Shown piece after piece: positions 1-14,530 of a stretch of 64,000 bases of DNA. Position 1 is the stretch's first letter, and each line of letters begins with the position of its first letter. Source of the DNA: Pseudomonadota bacterium (lineage in GTDB: Bacteria > Desulfobacterota > Desulfobacteria > Desulfobacterales > RPRI01); NCBI GenBank assembly GCA_043825875.1, contig JBDRRF010000083.1, positions 1 through 64,000 on the forward strand, given 5' to 3'. Both the position numbers and the translations under genes were made by a program. The notes under the pieces were generated by a model. The model saw only the letters and a program-made list of their open reading frames with translations. It did no database searches and was not told where the DNA came from.

Positions 1-69
1 TTGCTTAATTTAATTAAAATTAATATATAAATAAGGTTTTCGTTTTATAATAAATATGGAGATTTGAAT

Positions 70-660
70 ATGAAAAAGATAAAATTTTTAGTAACTTTAT
101 TGAGTATGGCTTTTATAGTGTTTGGCATGATTTCCATCGCAAGCGCAGACACAATAACGATAACGCCGGATACCGAAATGATGTTTTTTTTAGGTTTTGC
201 TACTAACCCTACTGATGCACAATTAACGACGGCATCAGGATACGCCGGTCCTTGGACTGAATTATACAAACAAGAAGTTGGGGGGGCAGAGGTAGGCGAT
301 TTCGCAGACTCTTACCAAACTTTTTTCACTCCAACAACTGATCCCAAAGGTGCTACAATAATCTATGATGGCGATCCTGATCCTTATATTAATGGAAATC
401 CAATTTATCTTTTAGTAAAAGATGGAAAACATGGCCACTATCTATTCAACTTATCAGCAATTACTATAGATGATTCAACTTATAGTTGGAATGGTCAGGA
501 TACGATCATATTATCAGGTTTCTATCCAGATGGTGGCTCCATTTCTCATATATCTATTTATGGCACAAGCGTCCCAAGCGTCCCAGAACCAGCCACCCTT
601 CTCCTTCTCGGCTTTGGCCTTGTTGGTCTGGCAGGTGTAGGCAGCAAATTTAAAAAATAG
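70..660 (+). CDS. PEP-CTERM sorting domain-containing surface protein
   Basis: N-terminal signal peptide; C-terminal VPEPATLLLLGFGLVGLAGVGSKFKK. ATG at 70 follows GGAG (58-61). Confidence 0.93.
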   Translation: MKKIKFLVTLLSMAFIVFGMISIASADTITITPDTEMMFFLGFATNPTDAQLTTASGYAGPWTELYKQEVGGAEVGDFADSYQTFFTPTTDPKGATIIYDGDPDPYINGNPIYLLVKDGKHGHYLFNLSAITIDDSTYSWNGQDTIILSGFYPDGGSISHISIYGTSVPSVPEPATLLLLGFGLVGLAGVGSKFKK

Positions 661-668
661 ATTAAAAG

Positions 669-852
669 CGGTTTACGGTTGACAGTTCACGGTTGACAGT
701 AAAAGAAAGTTAAAAAAAATAATACAATAACATAGAGGCAGAGTCGAAACCGGCTCTGCCTCTTTTGTTTTCGTTATTAAATCTCAGATTTTTTCCTCAA
801 CCGTAAACTGTCAACTGCAAACCGATAATTGTCAACTGTCAACCGGAAACCG
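669..852. repeat. Inverted pair of degenerate heptamer arrays (AACYGT[ACG] units) flanking a terminator
   Basis: 669-700 cggtttacggttgacagttcacggttgacagt; 799-852 aaccgtaaactgtcaactgc...aactgtcaaccggaaaccg is the reverse-complement array. Confidence 0.75.
734..770 (+). terminator. Rho-independent terminator after the PEP-CTERM gene
   Basis: Stem agaggcagagtcg / cggctctgcctct, 4-nt loop, then ttttgttt. Confidence 0.85.
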
Positions 853-955
853 TTTTCAAATCCAGTTTTCATAAAAACCTTGAAATATAAAACCAAAGAG
901 CTTATTGATATAATAATTCGTATCAACAAACCAACTAAACAAATAAAGGTGAATT

Positions 956-1453
956 ATGACAAAACTTCAATGGAACAGCCCCCCTGAAATGCAAATTGAT
1001 CCGTCAAAAACTTATAAGGCGATTATGGAAACATCCAAAGGCGTTATCGAGATTGAACTTTATCCGCAACACGCTCCTAAAACGGTAAACAACTTCGTAT
1101 TTTTGGCCGGGCAGAGCTATTATGACGGTATAGTATTTCACAGAGTGATAGACTCTTTTATGATCCAGGGTGGAGATCCTACCGGCACAGGAATGGGCGG
1201 TCCGGGATACAATTTTGAAGATGAATTTAAGAATAATCCCTTAAAGCATGAATCTAAAGTATTATCCATGGCAAATGCCGGACCGAACACAAACGGAAGC
1301 CAGTTTTTTATAACCCATTGCCCTCAGCCGCATTTAAACGGAAGACATACGGTATTCGGCAAGGTAACATCAGGACAGGATGTTGTGGATAAGATACGCC
1401 AGGGTGATAAAATAGAAAAGTTAACAACAAGTGAGATTCCGGATAAACAGTAA
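956..1453 (+). CDS. Cyclophilin-type peptidyl-prolyl cis-trans isomerase
   Basis: [36 protein letters not shown] and HTVFG motifs. Confidence 0.95.
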   Translation: MTKLQWNSPPEMQIDPSKTYKAIMETSKGVIEIELYPQHAPKTVNNFVFLAGQSYYDGIVFHRVIDSFMIQGGDPTGTGMGGPGYNFEDEFKNNPLKHESKVLSMANAGPNTNGSQFFITHCPQPHLNGRHTVFGKVTSGQDVVDKIRQGDKIEKLTTSEIPDKQ

Positions 1454-1915
1454 AGCGTCTTTTATCTTTTTTTCTCCAAAAACACAGATTCCATTTCTTT
1501 CAAAAAGAGCGGCAGTAACTCCTTTGCCGCTCTTAAGTGTCTTTGTAAATGTACCGTCATAGATAAACGTGCTGCCGCATGAAGGGCTTTTTTCTTTTAA
1601 TACTGCTACCCTGATATTATTGCTTAGCACTTCTTCAAGCGCTTTTTGCGCTCCTTTTATAAAAAAAGCCGTAACATCATCACCTTTTACGGTTTTCACA
1701 CTTGCTTTTCCGTCAAGAACACAAAAACCGTCTTTGCAGGTTATCTCAGATGCTGGCCTGGACACAGGCAGGCCTCCAACAACTTCGGGGCAAAAAGGAA
1801 TTATATCCGCTATTGATTTAAGCTCATCGATAATTTCGTTTGGTAAAGGAAGAACAAGCCCGTCATAGCGGGTTTGTTCTCCAAGAAGACAAGCACTTAC
1901 TAATATTTTTTGCAT
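1421..1915 (-). CDS. DUF523 family protein (2-thiouracil desulfurase-like)
   Basis: [24 protein letters not shown] and KEKSPSCG motifs. Confidence 0.88.
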   Translation of the reverse strand: MQKILVSACLLGEQTRYDGLVLPLPNEIIDELKSIADIIPFCPEVVGGLPVSRPASEITCKDGFCVLDGKASVKTVKGDDVTAFFIKGAQKALEEVLSNNIRVAVLKEKSPSCGSTFIYDGTFTKTLKSGKGVTAALFERNGICVFGEKKIKDALLFIRNLTCC

Positions 1916-1923
1916 AGTTTTTT

Positions 1924-1990
1924 CGGCGGGGTATAAAACCCCGCCCTACGTCTCAACACCTGTAGTAGGGCGGCATTTTATATGCCACCA
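1924..1990. repeat. Inverted pair of GTAG-type REP elements
   Basis: Minus 1924-1949 GTAGGGCGGGGTTTTATACCCCGCCG; plus 1965-1990 GTAGGGCGGCATTTTATATGCCACCA. Confidence 0.7.
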
Positions 1991-2020
1991 TGCCAAAATT
2001 AAGAAACGGGATCATTATAC

Positions 2021-4668
<2,648 letters not shown>

Positions 4669-4738
4669 TAATCATCTCCTTTATTTTTCAATATTTCAGC
4701 GCGAATGTTAACGGTTTCTTTAATATGAATCCGGATTA

Positions 4739-5593
4739 CTAAACCTGTAACATTATATTGTCTATAAGCCTTGTTGTTCCGATTTTTACTGCAAGAGCCA
4801 TTAAAGCCGGTCTATCTATCGTATCTAAGTTTTCAAGTGTTTCTGAATCACAGATCATTATATAATCTATCGTAGAATCAGGGTATGAAATTATTATATC
4901 TGTTGCTTCCTTAATTATTTTGGATGTATCCCTTTCACCTGCTTTTGCCATTTCCAGGGCTTTATTCAAAGATTTATACAAGGATAATGCATGAATCCTT
5001 TCTTCCTGGCTAAGATAACTATTTCTTGAACTCATGGCAAGGCCGTCTTTTTCTCTTACGGTAGGAACCCCTACTATTTCTATATCGTAATTAAGATCAC
5101 AAACCATTTGTTTTATCACAAGAAGCTGCTGAAAATCTTTTTGCCCGAAAACTGCTATATGAGGTTTTACAATATTAAACAATTTGGAAACTATAGTAGC
5201 AACTCCCTTAAATAACACGGGTCTTGACAACCCGCAAAGATGCTCCGGAAGGCTTTGCAACTCCACATAGGTTTGGAATCTATCCGGGTAGATATCTTTT
5301 GCGTCCGGGATAAATACTGCATCCACATGTTCTTTTTCCATCAGCTCCAGATCTCTTTCAATATTTCTTGGATATGATTCCAGATCTTCACCTGGGCCAA
5401 ACTGGGATGGGTTTACAAATATACTTGCAACAACAACATCGGCCAATTTACGAGCTTTTTTCAAAAGTGCAAGGTGGCCTTCATGCAAAAAGCCCATAGT
5501 AGGTACAAAAGCCAGACATTCGGCATTTTCACGAATACGGTCCGAATATTGTTGCATATCATTAATTTTATAGATTTTCTTTATGGCACTCAC
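4739..5593 (-). CDS. panC: Pantoate-beta-alanine ligase
   Basis: FVPTMGFLHEGH, FGQKDFQQ, GLAMSSRN and RLIDN motifs. Confidence 0.97.
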   Translation of the reverse strand: MSAIKKIYKINDMQQYSDRIRENAECLAFVPTMGFLHEGHLALLKKARKLADVVVASIFVNPSQFGPGEDLESYPRNIERDLELMEKEHVDAVFIPDAKDIYPDRFQTYVELQSLPEHLCGLSRPVLFKGVATIVSKLFNIVKPHIAVFGQKDFQQLLVIKQMVCDLNYDIEIVGVPTVREKDGLAMSSRNSYLSQEERIHALSLYKSLNKALEMAKAGERDTSKIIKEATDIIISYPDSTIDYIMICDSETLENLDTIDRPALMALAVKIGTTRLIDNIMLQV

Positions 5594-5739
5594 CTCGCTT
5601 ATTACAAAAATATTTCATAATACGAACTTATTATGCCTAATAAATAAGCATGGCTTGAGAAAAAGTCCAGTACAACATTGTATTATTTAAACAATTTTAT
5701 AGGCCAGCAAACACTAAATGTCAATATAAGCAAAGTTGT

Positions 5740-6786
5740 TTATTTATTCCATGAAAAGAGAGCAGCCCCAACTGCAATTGAAATTATCGTCATAAAAACC
5801 AGAACTGCAAGTTCCGGGGCAACATTAGCAAGTGTCGCACCATCATTCATTACTTTCCTTGCTGCTGAGAGGATATGTGTTAATGGAAACAGCTTGGCGA
5901 TTATTTTTATCCAGTGTGGTGATCCTTCAAGAGAAAACCATACTTCGGATAAAAACATCATAGGCCAGCTTATAAAATTTATAACTCCACTAGTAAATTC
6001 TTCGCTGAAGCCTCTTGCAGCAATTACCAGCCCGTATGCACTAAGGCATATACCTCCTGTAAAGTAAATTACAAAAAGGTCAAAATAAGAGCCTGCAACC
6101 TTGAAATGAAAAACAAGATCGCATCCAATCCATACGACAACAAGGGTGAATACAAGAATAAATATTCTTGATAATACTTGTGAGGCAAGATATTCAAAAG
6201 CAGTAAGTGGTGTTGCATGCAAGCGCTTTAACACACCCATTTTACGGTAACGAACCACTATATATCCAACACCCCAAAGAGCGCTGAACATCATGTTCAT
6301 AGCAAGAATTCCGGGAAAGAGCCAGTCTATATATCTTACCTCATTTCCTTTTATCTCTTTTTTTTCAGAAATATTTTTTACATCAGGCAACAAAGCGCTA
6401 TTAAAGATTTTTTCAACTATATAACCTTTCGGGGAGCTACCACTTACCCAGTATTCATGTGACGGGGAACCGGCTTTAACCAGAAAGTCTATTTTATGAT
6501 GCTTCAGTTTTGCTATCCCACTTTCAAAAGTATTAAATCCTATAAATTTGATGTAGCGTGTTTCTGTAAATCGCGAAGGAAGATCAATAGTTTTAATATT
6601 TATTATATCGTGGCGAGACGGGAAAACCCCGACTTTATATTCAGTATAATCATTACCGCCAAAAATCAATCCAAACCCGGCCACTATTAAAAAAGGGAAA
6701 ATAAAATTCCAGCCAAGAGCCGACCAGTCTCTGAAAAATTCGAGGTTCCGCGCATGAAACATTGCCCACAGTCTTTTGAAACTCAT
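5740..6786 (-). CDS. ABC-2 type transporter permease
   Basis: Multiple TM segments; YIDWLFPGILAM and GVLKRLHATP; adjacent to an ABC ATPase. Confidence 0.9.
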   Translation of the reverse strand: MSFKRLWAMFHARNLEFFRDWSALGWNFIFPFLIVAGFGLIFGGNDYTEYKVGVFPSRHDIINIKTIDLPSRFTETRYIKFIGFNTFESGIAKLKHHKIDFLVKAGSPSHEYWVSGSSPKGYIVEKIFNSALLPDVKNISEKKEIKGNEVRYIDWLFPGILAMNMMFSALWGVGYIVVRYRKMGVLKRLHATPLTAFEYLASQVLSRIFILVFTLVVVWIGCDLVFHFKVAGSYFDLFVIYFTGGICLSAYGLVIAARGFSEEFTSGVINFISWPMMFLSEVWFSLEGSPHWIKIIAKLFPLTHILSAARKVMNDGATLANVAPELAVLVFMTIISIAVGAALFSWNK

Positions 6787-6788
6787 AT

Positions 6789-7676
6789 TTAATCTCTTAA
6801 CTGTCTTCCCGTTAAATTTAAAAATACATTCTCAAGATTCGGGGAACGTATATCCAGTTCTGTTAAATCAGTACTTTCTGCTATCAACATATTCAGGCAG
6901 GAATTAATATTATTTGTTCTGATTTCAATATTGCCGTTTATCTCACGATATTTAAATGGAATCTTTGACAAGGCAAAACCAATGCTGTGTTTAGGCAAAA
7001 TTACGGTTATCTCATCACAATGTTTTTTGATAAGTTGAGCAGGAGTTCCTTGCGCGATTATCTTTCCATTATCCATTATAGCAATTTCATCACAAAGACG
7101 CTGCGCCTCTTCCATATAATGAGTTGTTAGAATAATCGTTTTCCCTTTTTCTTTTATTTTTTGAATAATAGCCCATAGATTTCTTCTTGCCTGAGGATCA
7201 AGCCCTGTAGAAGGCTCATCTAAAAACATAAGCTCGGGCTTGTTAATCATTGCAAGAGCAAGCATGAGTCGTTGCCTCTGACCTCCTGAGATCTTATCGT
7301 TTATTCTTTTTTGTATTTCACGCAGATTGCAGATATCAATTATTTCTTCAATATCTGCAGATTTGCTGTAAAGGTTTTTAAATACTTTCAAGGTTTCACG
7401 CAAAGTCAGTCCAGAAAGCAAAGCAGTTTCCTGAAACTGAATACCGACTTCCTGTTTAAAAGATGATGATCGCAATTTGCCTTTATACAGAATTTCACCG
7501 GAAGTCGGAGGAATAATGTCTTCAATGACTTCAATAGTAGTCGTTTTACCAGCGCCATTCGGGCCGATAAGACCAAAGCAGGTACCCTCACGAACCAAAA
7601 AGCTTATGCCGTCAACCGCAACTAGTTCCTTATATTTTTTTACAAGATTTTTTATTTCAAGCAGATAATTCATCAT
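6789..7676 (-). CDS. ABC transporter ATP-binding protein
   Basis: Walker A GPNGAGKTT, ISGGQRQR, LDEPSTGLD and TTHYMEEA. Confidence 0.95.
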   Translation of the reverse strand: MMNYLLEIKNLVKKYKELVAVDGISFLVREGTCFGLIGPNGAGKTTTIEVIEDIIPPTSGEILYKGKLRSSSFKQEVGIQFQETALLSGLTLRETLKVFKNLYSKSADIEEIIDICNLREIQKRINDKISGGQRQRLMLALAMINKPELMFLDEPSTGLDPQARRNLWAIIQKIKEKGKTIILTTHYMEEAQRLCDEIAIMDNGKIIAQGTPAQLIKKHCDEITVILPKHSIGFALSKIPFKYREINGNIEIRTNNINSCLNMLIAESTDLTELDIRSPNLENVFLNLTGRQLRD

Positions 7677-7699
7677 ATTATTTTAGCATAAGGCCCTAA

Positions 7700-8590
7700 T
7701 CAAGAAGGAGTAAGAGTTTCATTTTTATATCTGGGAAGTGGTAAATCATTCTTGTAAACCACTGTTCGATATGGAAAAGGAATTTCAATACCTTCACGGT
7801 CAAAACGCTTTTTTATATTTTCGAGCAGCCAGAATTTTGCAACCCATGCATCATCAATATCTAAAACCCATACATATAATCTCAGACCGATTGAAAAATC
7901 TCCATGAGATCTGACCCGAAGATAAGGCGCATCCTCTCCTTTTTTGTCACGATAGGGACATTTATTTGCTTCATCCAAAATCACTTCTCTGGCAAGATCA
8001 ATATCAGTATCATAGCTTACTCCTAGTTCTACTATACATTTCATGCGCTGATCTATTATACTATAATTTATCAATGTCATTTCATCCAGCTTTGAATTTG
8101 GTATGACAAGCCGTTTATAATCCCAGGATCTCACAATAGTATGGCGCAGCGTAATATCTTCCACAACACTATATTCGCCCTCTATTGACAATTTATCTCC
8201 GATACGGATAGGCCTGTATATTGCAATACTAAGGCCTGAAATTATATTCGCAAGTGATGATTTTGCCGCAAAACCTACAACAAGAGCTGTAATGCCTGCA
8301 CCCGCAACAATCGTGCTAAACAAGGCCCTAAGACCAGGGACAAGACTCGCATACACTATAAAAAACAACATCCAGATCAGAAGATTTTTTATACGCAAAC
8401 CATATTTAATTACTGTTTCATCTATCTTGAATTTTAGTTTTCCTATAACCCAGTGTGACCTTTCCGCCAGACGGGTTGTGATAGCACAGGCCCAAAGAGC
8501 TGCAAGAATTATAACAAAGCCAATAGCTAATGCTCCTAATCCTGTGGCAGGATCCAAAATATCTTTAAAATTGAGCCAGGTTGTATTCAC
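7700..8590 (-). CDS. Small-conductance mechanosensitive channel (MscS family)
   Basis: GFAAKSSLANIISG, RPIRIGD, IPNS and GIEIPFP motifs. Confidence 0.92.
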   Translation of the reverse strand: MNTTWLNFKDILDPATGLGALAIGFVIILAALWACAITTRLAERSHWVIGKLKFKIDETVIKYGLRIKNLLIWMLFFIVYASLVPGLRALFSTIVAGAGITALVVGFAAKSSLANIISGLSIAIYRPIRIGDKLSIEGEYSVVEDITLRHTIVRSWDYKRLVIPNSKLDEMTLINYSIIDQRMKCIVELGVSYDTDIDLAREVILDEANKCPYRDKKGEDAPYLRVRSHGDFSIGLRLYVWVLDIDDAWVAKFWLLENIKKRFDREGIEIPFPYRTVVYKNDLPLPRYKNETLTPS

Positions 8591-8592
8591 GT

Positions 8593-9471
8593 TTATCTCT
8601 TAGTATCTTGTTCGATCAATTCCATCAGATATTGTCCATATTCGTTTTTTAAAAGTACGGAGGCAAGTTCTTTTAGCTGTTCTTTATTAATATAACCAAG
8701 TCTATATGCTATTTCTTCAATACACGAAATTATGAGCCCCTGCCGTTCCTGTATAGCCTGAACATAGCTTGCAGCCTGTTGCAAAGATTCAAATGTTCCT
8801 GTATCAAGCCATGCAACACCTCTTCCCAAAAGCTCTACCTTAAGCTTTCCCCTCTTTAAATATTCAAGGTTAATATCGGTAATTTCAAGCTCTCCCCTTT
8901 TGGATGGCTTTAAGTTTTTTGCAATTTGTACAACATCACCATCATATATATATAAACCCGGAACTGCATAATTTGATTTGGGGTTTTGAGGTTTTTCTTC
9001 TATACCAAGAACATTACCATGTTTATCGAATTCAACCACACCATACCTTTCCGGATCTTTAACAATATATCCGAAAATCAGGCCGCCGTTTTCAAGCGCT
9101 GCTGCCTTATCCAACTTTTCTGAAAAACTGTCACCATAAAAAATATTATCTCCGAGAATAAGACATACAGGTTCATTTGCAATAAAAGATTCCCCGATAA
9201 TAAAGGCCTGGGCAAGACCCTCCGGTCTTGGCTGAACAGCATAGGAAAAAGACAAGCCTACCTGAGAACCGTCTTTTAGCAGTTTTTGGAAATTCGGCAA
9301 ATCTTCAGGAGTAGAAATAATTAAAATTTCGCGGATACCGGCAAGCATGAGCACAGACAAAGGATAATAGATCATCGGTTTGTCATATATAGGCAGAAGC
9401 TGCTTGCTTACAACACTAGTTAGGGGATAAAGTCTTGTGCCTGAACCCCCGGCAAGAATAATTCCTTTCAT
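8593..9471 (-). CDS. rfbA: Glucose-1-phosphate thymidylyltransferase
   Basis: [26 protein letters not shown] and AWLDTGT motifs. Confidence 0.97.
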   Translation of the reverse strand: MKGIILAGGSGTRLYPLTSVVSKQLLPIYDKPMIYYPLSVLMLAGIREILIISTPEDLPNFQKLLKDGSQVGLSFSYAVQPRPEGLAQAFIIGESFIANEPVCLILGDNIFYGDSFSEKLDKAAALENGGLIFGYIVKDPERYGVVEFDKHGNVLGIEEKPQNPKSNYAVPGLYIYDGDVVQIAKNLKPSKRGELEITDINLEYLKRGKLKVELLGRGVAWLDTGTFESLQQAASYVQAIQERQGLIISCIEEIAYRLGYINKEQLKELASVLLKNEYGQYLMELIEQDTKR

Positions 9472-9513
9472 AAAACAATCCAGTTTTGATTTTTCAAGGG
9501 TTAATAGTCTATA

Positions 9514-10566
9514 TTATTTAACAATTTCACTGCCCGAGGCATACAAATCGTATGTGTTTTGTATCCCTTCATAAAGAGATATTTTTGGCGCCCATCCAAG
9601 AGCCCGTAGCCTGGAAACTTCCAACAACTTCCTTGGTGTTCCGTCAGGTTTTGATGAATCGAAAATAACGTCACCTTTAAATCCTACTATCTCTTTAATA
9701 AGTATAGATAAATCTTTTATAGTAATTTCTTTGCCTGAACCTATATTAATAAGAGGCACCTTATTTGTTCTTAAAAGCAGATCAAATTTCTTATCTTCCA
9801 GATTCATTAAAAATGCACTGGCATCAGCAAGATCATCCACATGTAAAAATTCACGATATGGTTTTCCCGTTCCCCAAATACTTACAGAGATTTGCTCTTG
9901 TTTTAGCAATTTCTTAAAATTTTCAGGTATGATGCCATATGTCTTTTCGTCTTTTTGAATCTCTTCCCACTTTTTTTCCAAAGCCAGTTTGGCAATATGG
10001 TATTTACGGATAAGAGCAGGAAGGACATGGCTGTTTTCAAGATCAAAATTATCATAAGGCCCGTAAAGATTTGTGGGCATTGCTGCCAGATAATTTGTCT
10101 TATATTGACGGTTATATGACTGGCACATCTTTATACCGGCAATTTTAGCAATTGCATAAGGCTCGTTTGTAGCTTCAAGCGGGCCGCTTAAAAGATATTC
10201 TTCCTTCATCGGCTGGGGACAATCTCTGGGATATATGCAGGATGATCCCAGAAAAAGAAGACGTTTAACATTTGCTTTGAATGCTGAATGGATTATATTA
10301 TTTTGAATGGCAAGATTATTATAAATAAATTCTGCCGGATAAGTGTTGTTGGCATAAATACCGCCTACTTTTGCAGCCGCAAGAAAAACATATTCCGGAC
10401 GTTCTGTTTCAAAAAAGCATTCAACATCACTTTGTCTTTCAATGTTAAGCTCTGCATGACTGCGTAGAATCAGGTTTGAGAATCCATCTTTTTGAAGCTT
10501 TCTTAAAATAGCAGAGCCCACAAGTCCGGTGTGTCCGGCAATATATATTCTGGCGTCTTTTTCCAT
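9514..10566 (-). CDS. fcl: GDP-L-fucose synthase
   Basis: [24 protein letters not shown] and HVLPALIRK motifs; follows gmd. Confidence 0.96.
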   Translation of the reverse strand: MEKDARIYIAGHTGLVGSAILRKLQKDGFSNLILRSHAELNIERQSDVECFFETERPEYVFLAAAKVGGIYANNTYPAEFIYNNLAIQNNIIHSAFKANVKRLLFLGSSCIYPRDCPQPMKEEYLLSGPLEATNEPYAIAKIAGIKMCQSYNRQYKTNYLAAMPTNLYGPYDNFDLENSHVLPALIRKYHIAKLALEKKWEEIQKDEKTYGIIPENFKKLLKQEQISVSIWGTGKPYREFLHVDDLADASAFLMNLEDKKFDLLLRTNKVPLINIGSGKEITIKDLSILIKEIVGFKGDVIFDSSKPDGTPRKLLEVSRLRALGWAPKISLYEGIQNTYDLYASGSEIVK

Positions 10567-10583
10567 TTGCTATAAAGTCTTTA

Positions 10584-10726
10584 GAGCCAGTTTCAAAACG
10601 CCCCATTTTGGCCGATCTTAAGCGTTGGGCGAAAATTTCAATCCTCGAAATACTAAATGTATTCCTGTGGTTGAAATTTTCTCCCGCCTTGAGCTTGACC
10701 AAACTGAAACGTTTTTAAAGTGGCTC
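10584..10726 (-). mobile_element. MITE family A, copy 1 (143 bp)
   Basis: Imperfect terminal inverted repeats GAGCCA(C/G)TTT..AAAACG; 4-bp direct repeat TTTA on both sides; near-identical copies at 16578 and 42972. Confidence 0.9.
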
Positions 10727-10748
10727 TTTAAAATTAAAATTATAAAAT

Positions 10749-11900
10749 TTACATATTTGCTTCAAAACACACAGGAGTATCAAGGCCGTTTCTTAAGCAT
10801 ACCACTTCACGCACACATTGCTCAATATCATATGCTACCATTTCCCTGACCATCTTCGTAAAAGAAATTTGCGGAACCCATTTTAACATTTTTTTCGCCT
10901 TTGCAGGATCTCCCAATAGTGTTTCAACTTCGGTTGGCCTGAAATACCGTGGATCAACTGAAATAATAGTCTGACCTTTTTTTAATCTTTTGGCAGTAAA
11001 GTCTATACCAATCTTTGTTGCAATTTCAGGATTAAAAGAAGCAACAACTCCTTTTTCTTTTAATCCGCTTCCCTTCCATTCTATGTCTATACCGGCTTCT
11101 TTAAAAGCATATTCACAAAGCTCGCGAACTGAATGCTGCACTCCTGTTGCTATAACAAAATCATCAGGCTTTTTCTGTTGCAAAATGAGCCACTGTGCTC
11201 GTACAAAATCTCTGGCATCTCCCCAGTCTCTTAATGCATTGAGATTTCCAAGAAATAGTTTTTTTTCAAGGCCAAGCGCAATCCGCGCAGCAGCTCTTGT
11301 AATTTTACGTGAAACAAAAGTTTCTCCACGAAGCGGAGACTCATGATTAAAAAGTATGCCATTACAGGCAAACATACCGTAAGCCTCTCTGTAGTTTATA
11401 GTACACCAATATGCATAAAGCTTTGCACAGGCATAAGGCGAACGGGGATAAAACGGAGTTTGCTCGGATTGAGGAACTTCCTGGACTTTCCCGTATAGCT
11501 CACTAGTTGATGCCTGGTAAAAACGGGTTTTTTTCTCAAGCCCTAAGATTCTTATAGCTTCAAGTATTCTCAAAGCTCCAAGTGCATCTGTATTTGCTGT
11601 GTATTCAGGTGTTTCAAAAGAAACCTGAACATGACTCTGAGCAGCAAGATTGTAAATTTCATCCGGCTGAACCTCCTGAATGATCCGGATTAAATTTGTC
11701 GCATCCGTCAGATCACCATAATGCATGGCAAACCTTACATCCTCTTCATGAGGATCTTTATACAAATGGTCAACTCTCTGGGTGTTAAACGAAGAGGCTC
11801 TTCGTTTTATCCCATGAACATTGTATCCTTTTTTCAGAAGAAACTCTGCAAGATATGCTCCGTCCTGACCTGTTATCCCGGTAATTAACGCTGTTTTCAT
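10749..11900 (-). CDS. gmd: GDP-mannose 4,6-dehydratase
   Basis: [31 protein letters not shown] and [13 protein letters not shown] motifs. Confidence 0.98.
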   Translation of the reverse strand: MKTALITGITGQDGAYLAEFLLKKGYNVHGIKRRASSFNTQRVDHLYKDPHEEDVRFAMHYGDLTDATNLIRIIQEVQPDEIYNLAAQSHVQVSFETPEYTANTDALGALRILEAIRILGLEKKTRFYQASTSELYGKVQEVPQSEQTPFYPRSPYACAKLYAYWCTINYREAYGMFACNGILFNHESPLRGETFVSRKITRAAARIALGLEKKLFLGNLNALRDWGDARDFVRAQWLILQQKKPDDFVIATGVQHSVRELCEYAFKEAGIDIEWKGSGLKEKGVVASFNPEIATKIGIDFTAKRLKKGQTIISVDPRYFRPTEVETLLGDPAKAKKMLKWVPQISFTKMVREMVAYDIEQCVREVVCLRNGLDTPVCFEANM

Positions 11901-11946
11901 ATATTATCCTTAGTAGAAAAACTATTATCACAACCCGGAAACTTAC

Positions 11947-11970
11947 AAAAAAGGGCTGAATTAACAGCCC
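11947..11970 (-). terminator. Terminator downstream of tRNA-Arg
   Basis: Minus strand gggctg-ttaatt-cagccc followed by tttttt. Confidence 0.7.
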
Positions 11971-11985
11971 GATTTATTAAAATAG

Positions 11986-12062
11986 TGGCGCGCCTGGCAG
12001 GATTCGAACCTGCGACCTACGGATTCGTAGTCCGGCACTCTATCCAGCTGAGCTACAGGCGC
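11986..12062 (-). tRNA. tRNA-Arg(ACG)
   Basis: Cloverleaf GCGCCTG...CAGGCGC-G-CCA; anticodon loop CT-ACG-AA; T-loop TTCGAAT. Confidence 0.96.
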
Positions 12063-12141
12063 ATTGTGAATTGATTTGAATTTAGCAAACTCATAGGATA
12101 TAGTTTAAGTAAAGTCAACGGAAAAATTTCTTAATAACTCA

Positions 12142-12636
12142 ATGCATAAAGATTTAAATAGCAAAGCTGTGGCTAAAATGAACGAGCATGAAACATACAT
12201 GGAACTTGCCATCAATGAAGCAAAAAAGGCTGGACAAAATTGTGAAGTTCCTATAGGTGCGATAATAGTTGATGAAAAAGGGAAAGTTCTTTCGACAGCT
12301 CATAACAGCACTATATCCCTTTGTGATCCTTGCGCTCACGCCGAAATACTTGTGCTTAGGAACGCATGCTCTAAAATCGGGAACTACAGGCTTTTGGATA
12401 TGATCATCTATGTAACGGTAGAGCCTTGTATTATGTGTATGGGCGCAATTATACATGCAAGATTAAAAAAACTGGTGTTTGGAGCATACGACCCTAAATG
12501 GGGAGCAGCAGGATCTCTTTATAATTTTGCTGAAGATAAAAGACTGAATCACAAAACTGAAATAATACCCGGAATATACGAAAAAGAATGTAAAGCTCTT
12601 ATGCAGGATTTTTTTAAAGAAAAACGAACCCGATAA
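12142..12636 (+). CDS. tadA: tRNA adenosine(34) deaminase
   Basis: EVPIGA, HAEI, EPCIMCMGAI and FGAYDPK motifs; start may be 12178. Confidence 0.93.
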   Translation: MHKDLNSKAVAKMNEHETYMELAINEAKKAGQNCEVPIGAIIVDEKGKVLSTAHNSTISLCDPCAHAEILVLRNACSKIGNYRLLDMIIYVTVEPCIMCMGAIIHARLKKLVFGAYDPKWGAAGSLYNFAEDKRLNHKTEIIPGIYEKECKALMQDFFKEKRTR

Positions 12637-12716
12637 AGGATAACTGATATTGCTATAATGATAAGATATAAATAAACTATAGTAAAATATCTGTGCGCAA
12701 ATCTTGAACTTGCTAA

Positions 12717-14048
<1,332 letters not shown>

Positions 14049-14133
14049 AATATAATAAAAGCTTTTTGCAAATCTATCACTTATTGTTGACAATAAATTT
14101 ATACTGAAATAAAGAAAGAAAAATCCTAAATGT

Positions 14134-14210
14134 CGGGACGTGGCTCAGCCTGGTAGAGCACAGCGTTCGGGACGCTGGGGTCGCTGGTTCAAATCCAGTC
14201 GTCCCGACCA
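14134..14210 (+). tRNA. tRNA-Pro(CGG)
   Basis: CGGGACG...CGTCCCG-A-CCA; anticodon arm cagcg-TT-CGG-GA-cgctg; T-loop TTCAAAT. Confidence 0.96.
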
Positions 14211-14389
14211 AAGAAAATCAAATAGTTATAAAAGATTTTAAAAATTGAAAAAAGTAAAATTGGTAATCATTTGATTACCAATTTTTGTTTTATAGAGCCT
14301 CTAAACTATAAATATGAAGGGTCCCTAAGCCCAACTTATATCGTTTTTTAGTCATGTTTTCGGCCATCTATATTAGTTGCCATTTTATC

Positions 14390-14418
14390 TTGACACGCAA
14401 GGCATGTCTTCCTATACT
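14390..14418 (+). promoter_or_regulatory. sigma70-type promoter
   Basis: TTGACA-N17-TATACT upstream of 14531. Confidence 0.6.
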
Positions 14419-14530
14419 CTTGGCATAAAAAAGTAAGTTCTTATCACCATTACCTATATTACATGAAGTAGACACAGGTTGACCTTACGGTTGGCAACTA
14501 ATTCTAAAATATCGGAAAGGAGTTTATTAT

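Noticed and set aside
1..10. TTGC as the -12 element of a sigma54 promoter for the PEP-CTERM gene
   Set aside because: Plausible from known PrsR regulation, but the -24 element would lie outside the window and cannot be verified.
4669..4738. SAM riboswitch upstream of metK, or lysine riboswitch upstream of lysA
   Set aside because: The intergenic regions are too short and lack the conserved cores.
10445..10849. Short ORFs at 10445-10702, 10625-10849, 16530-16718, 42805-43060 and 50066-50263
   Set aside because: They are translations through the MITE sequences or antisense to real genes.
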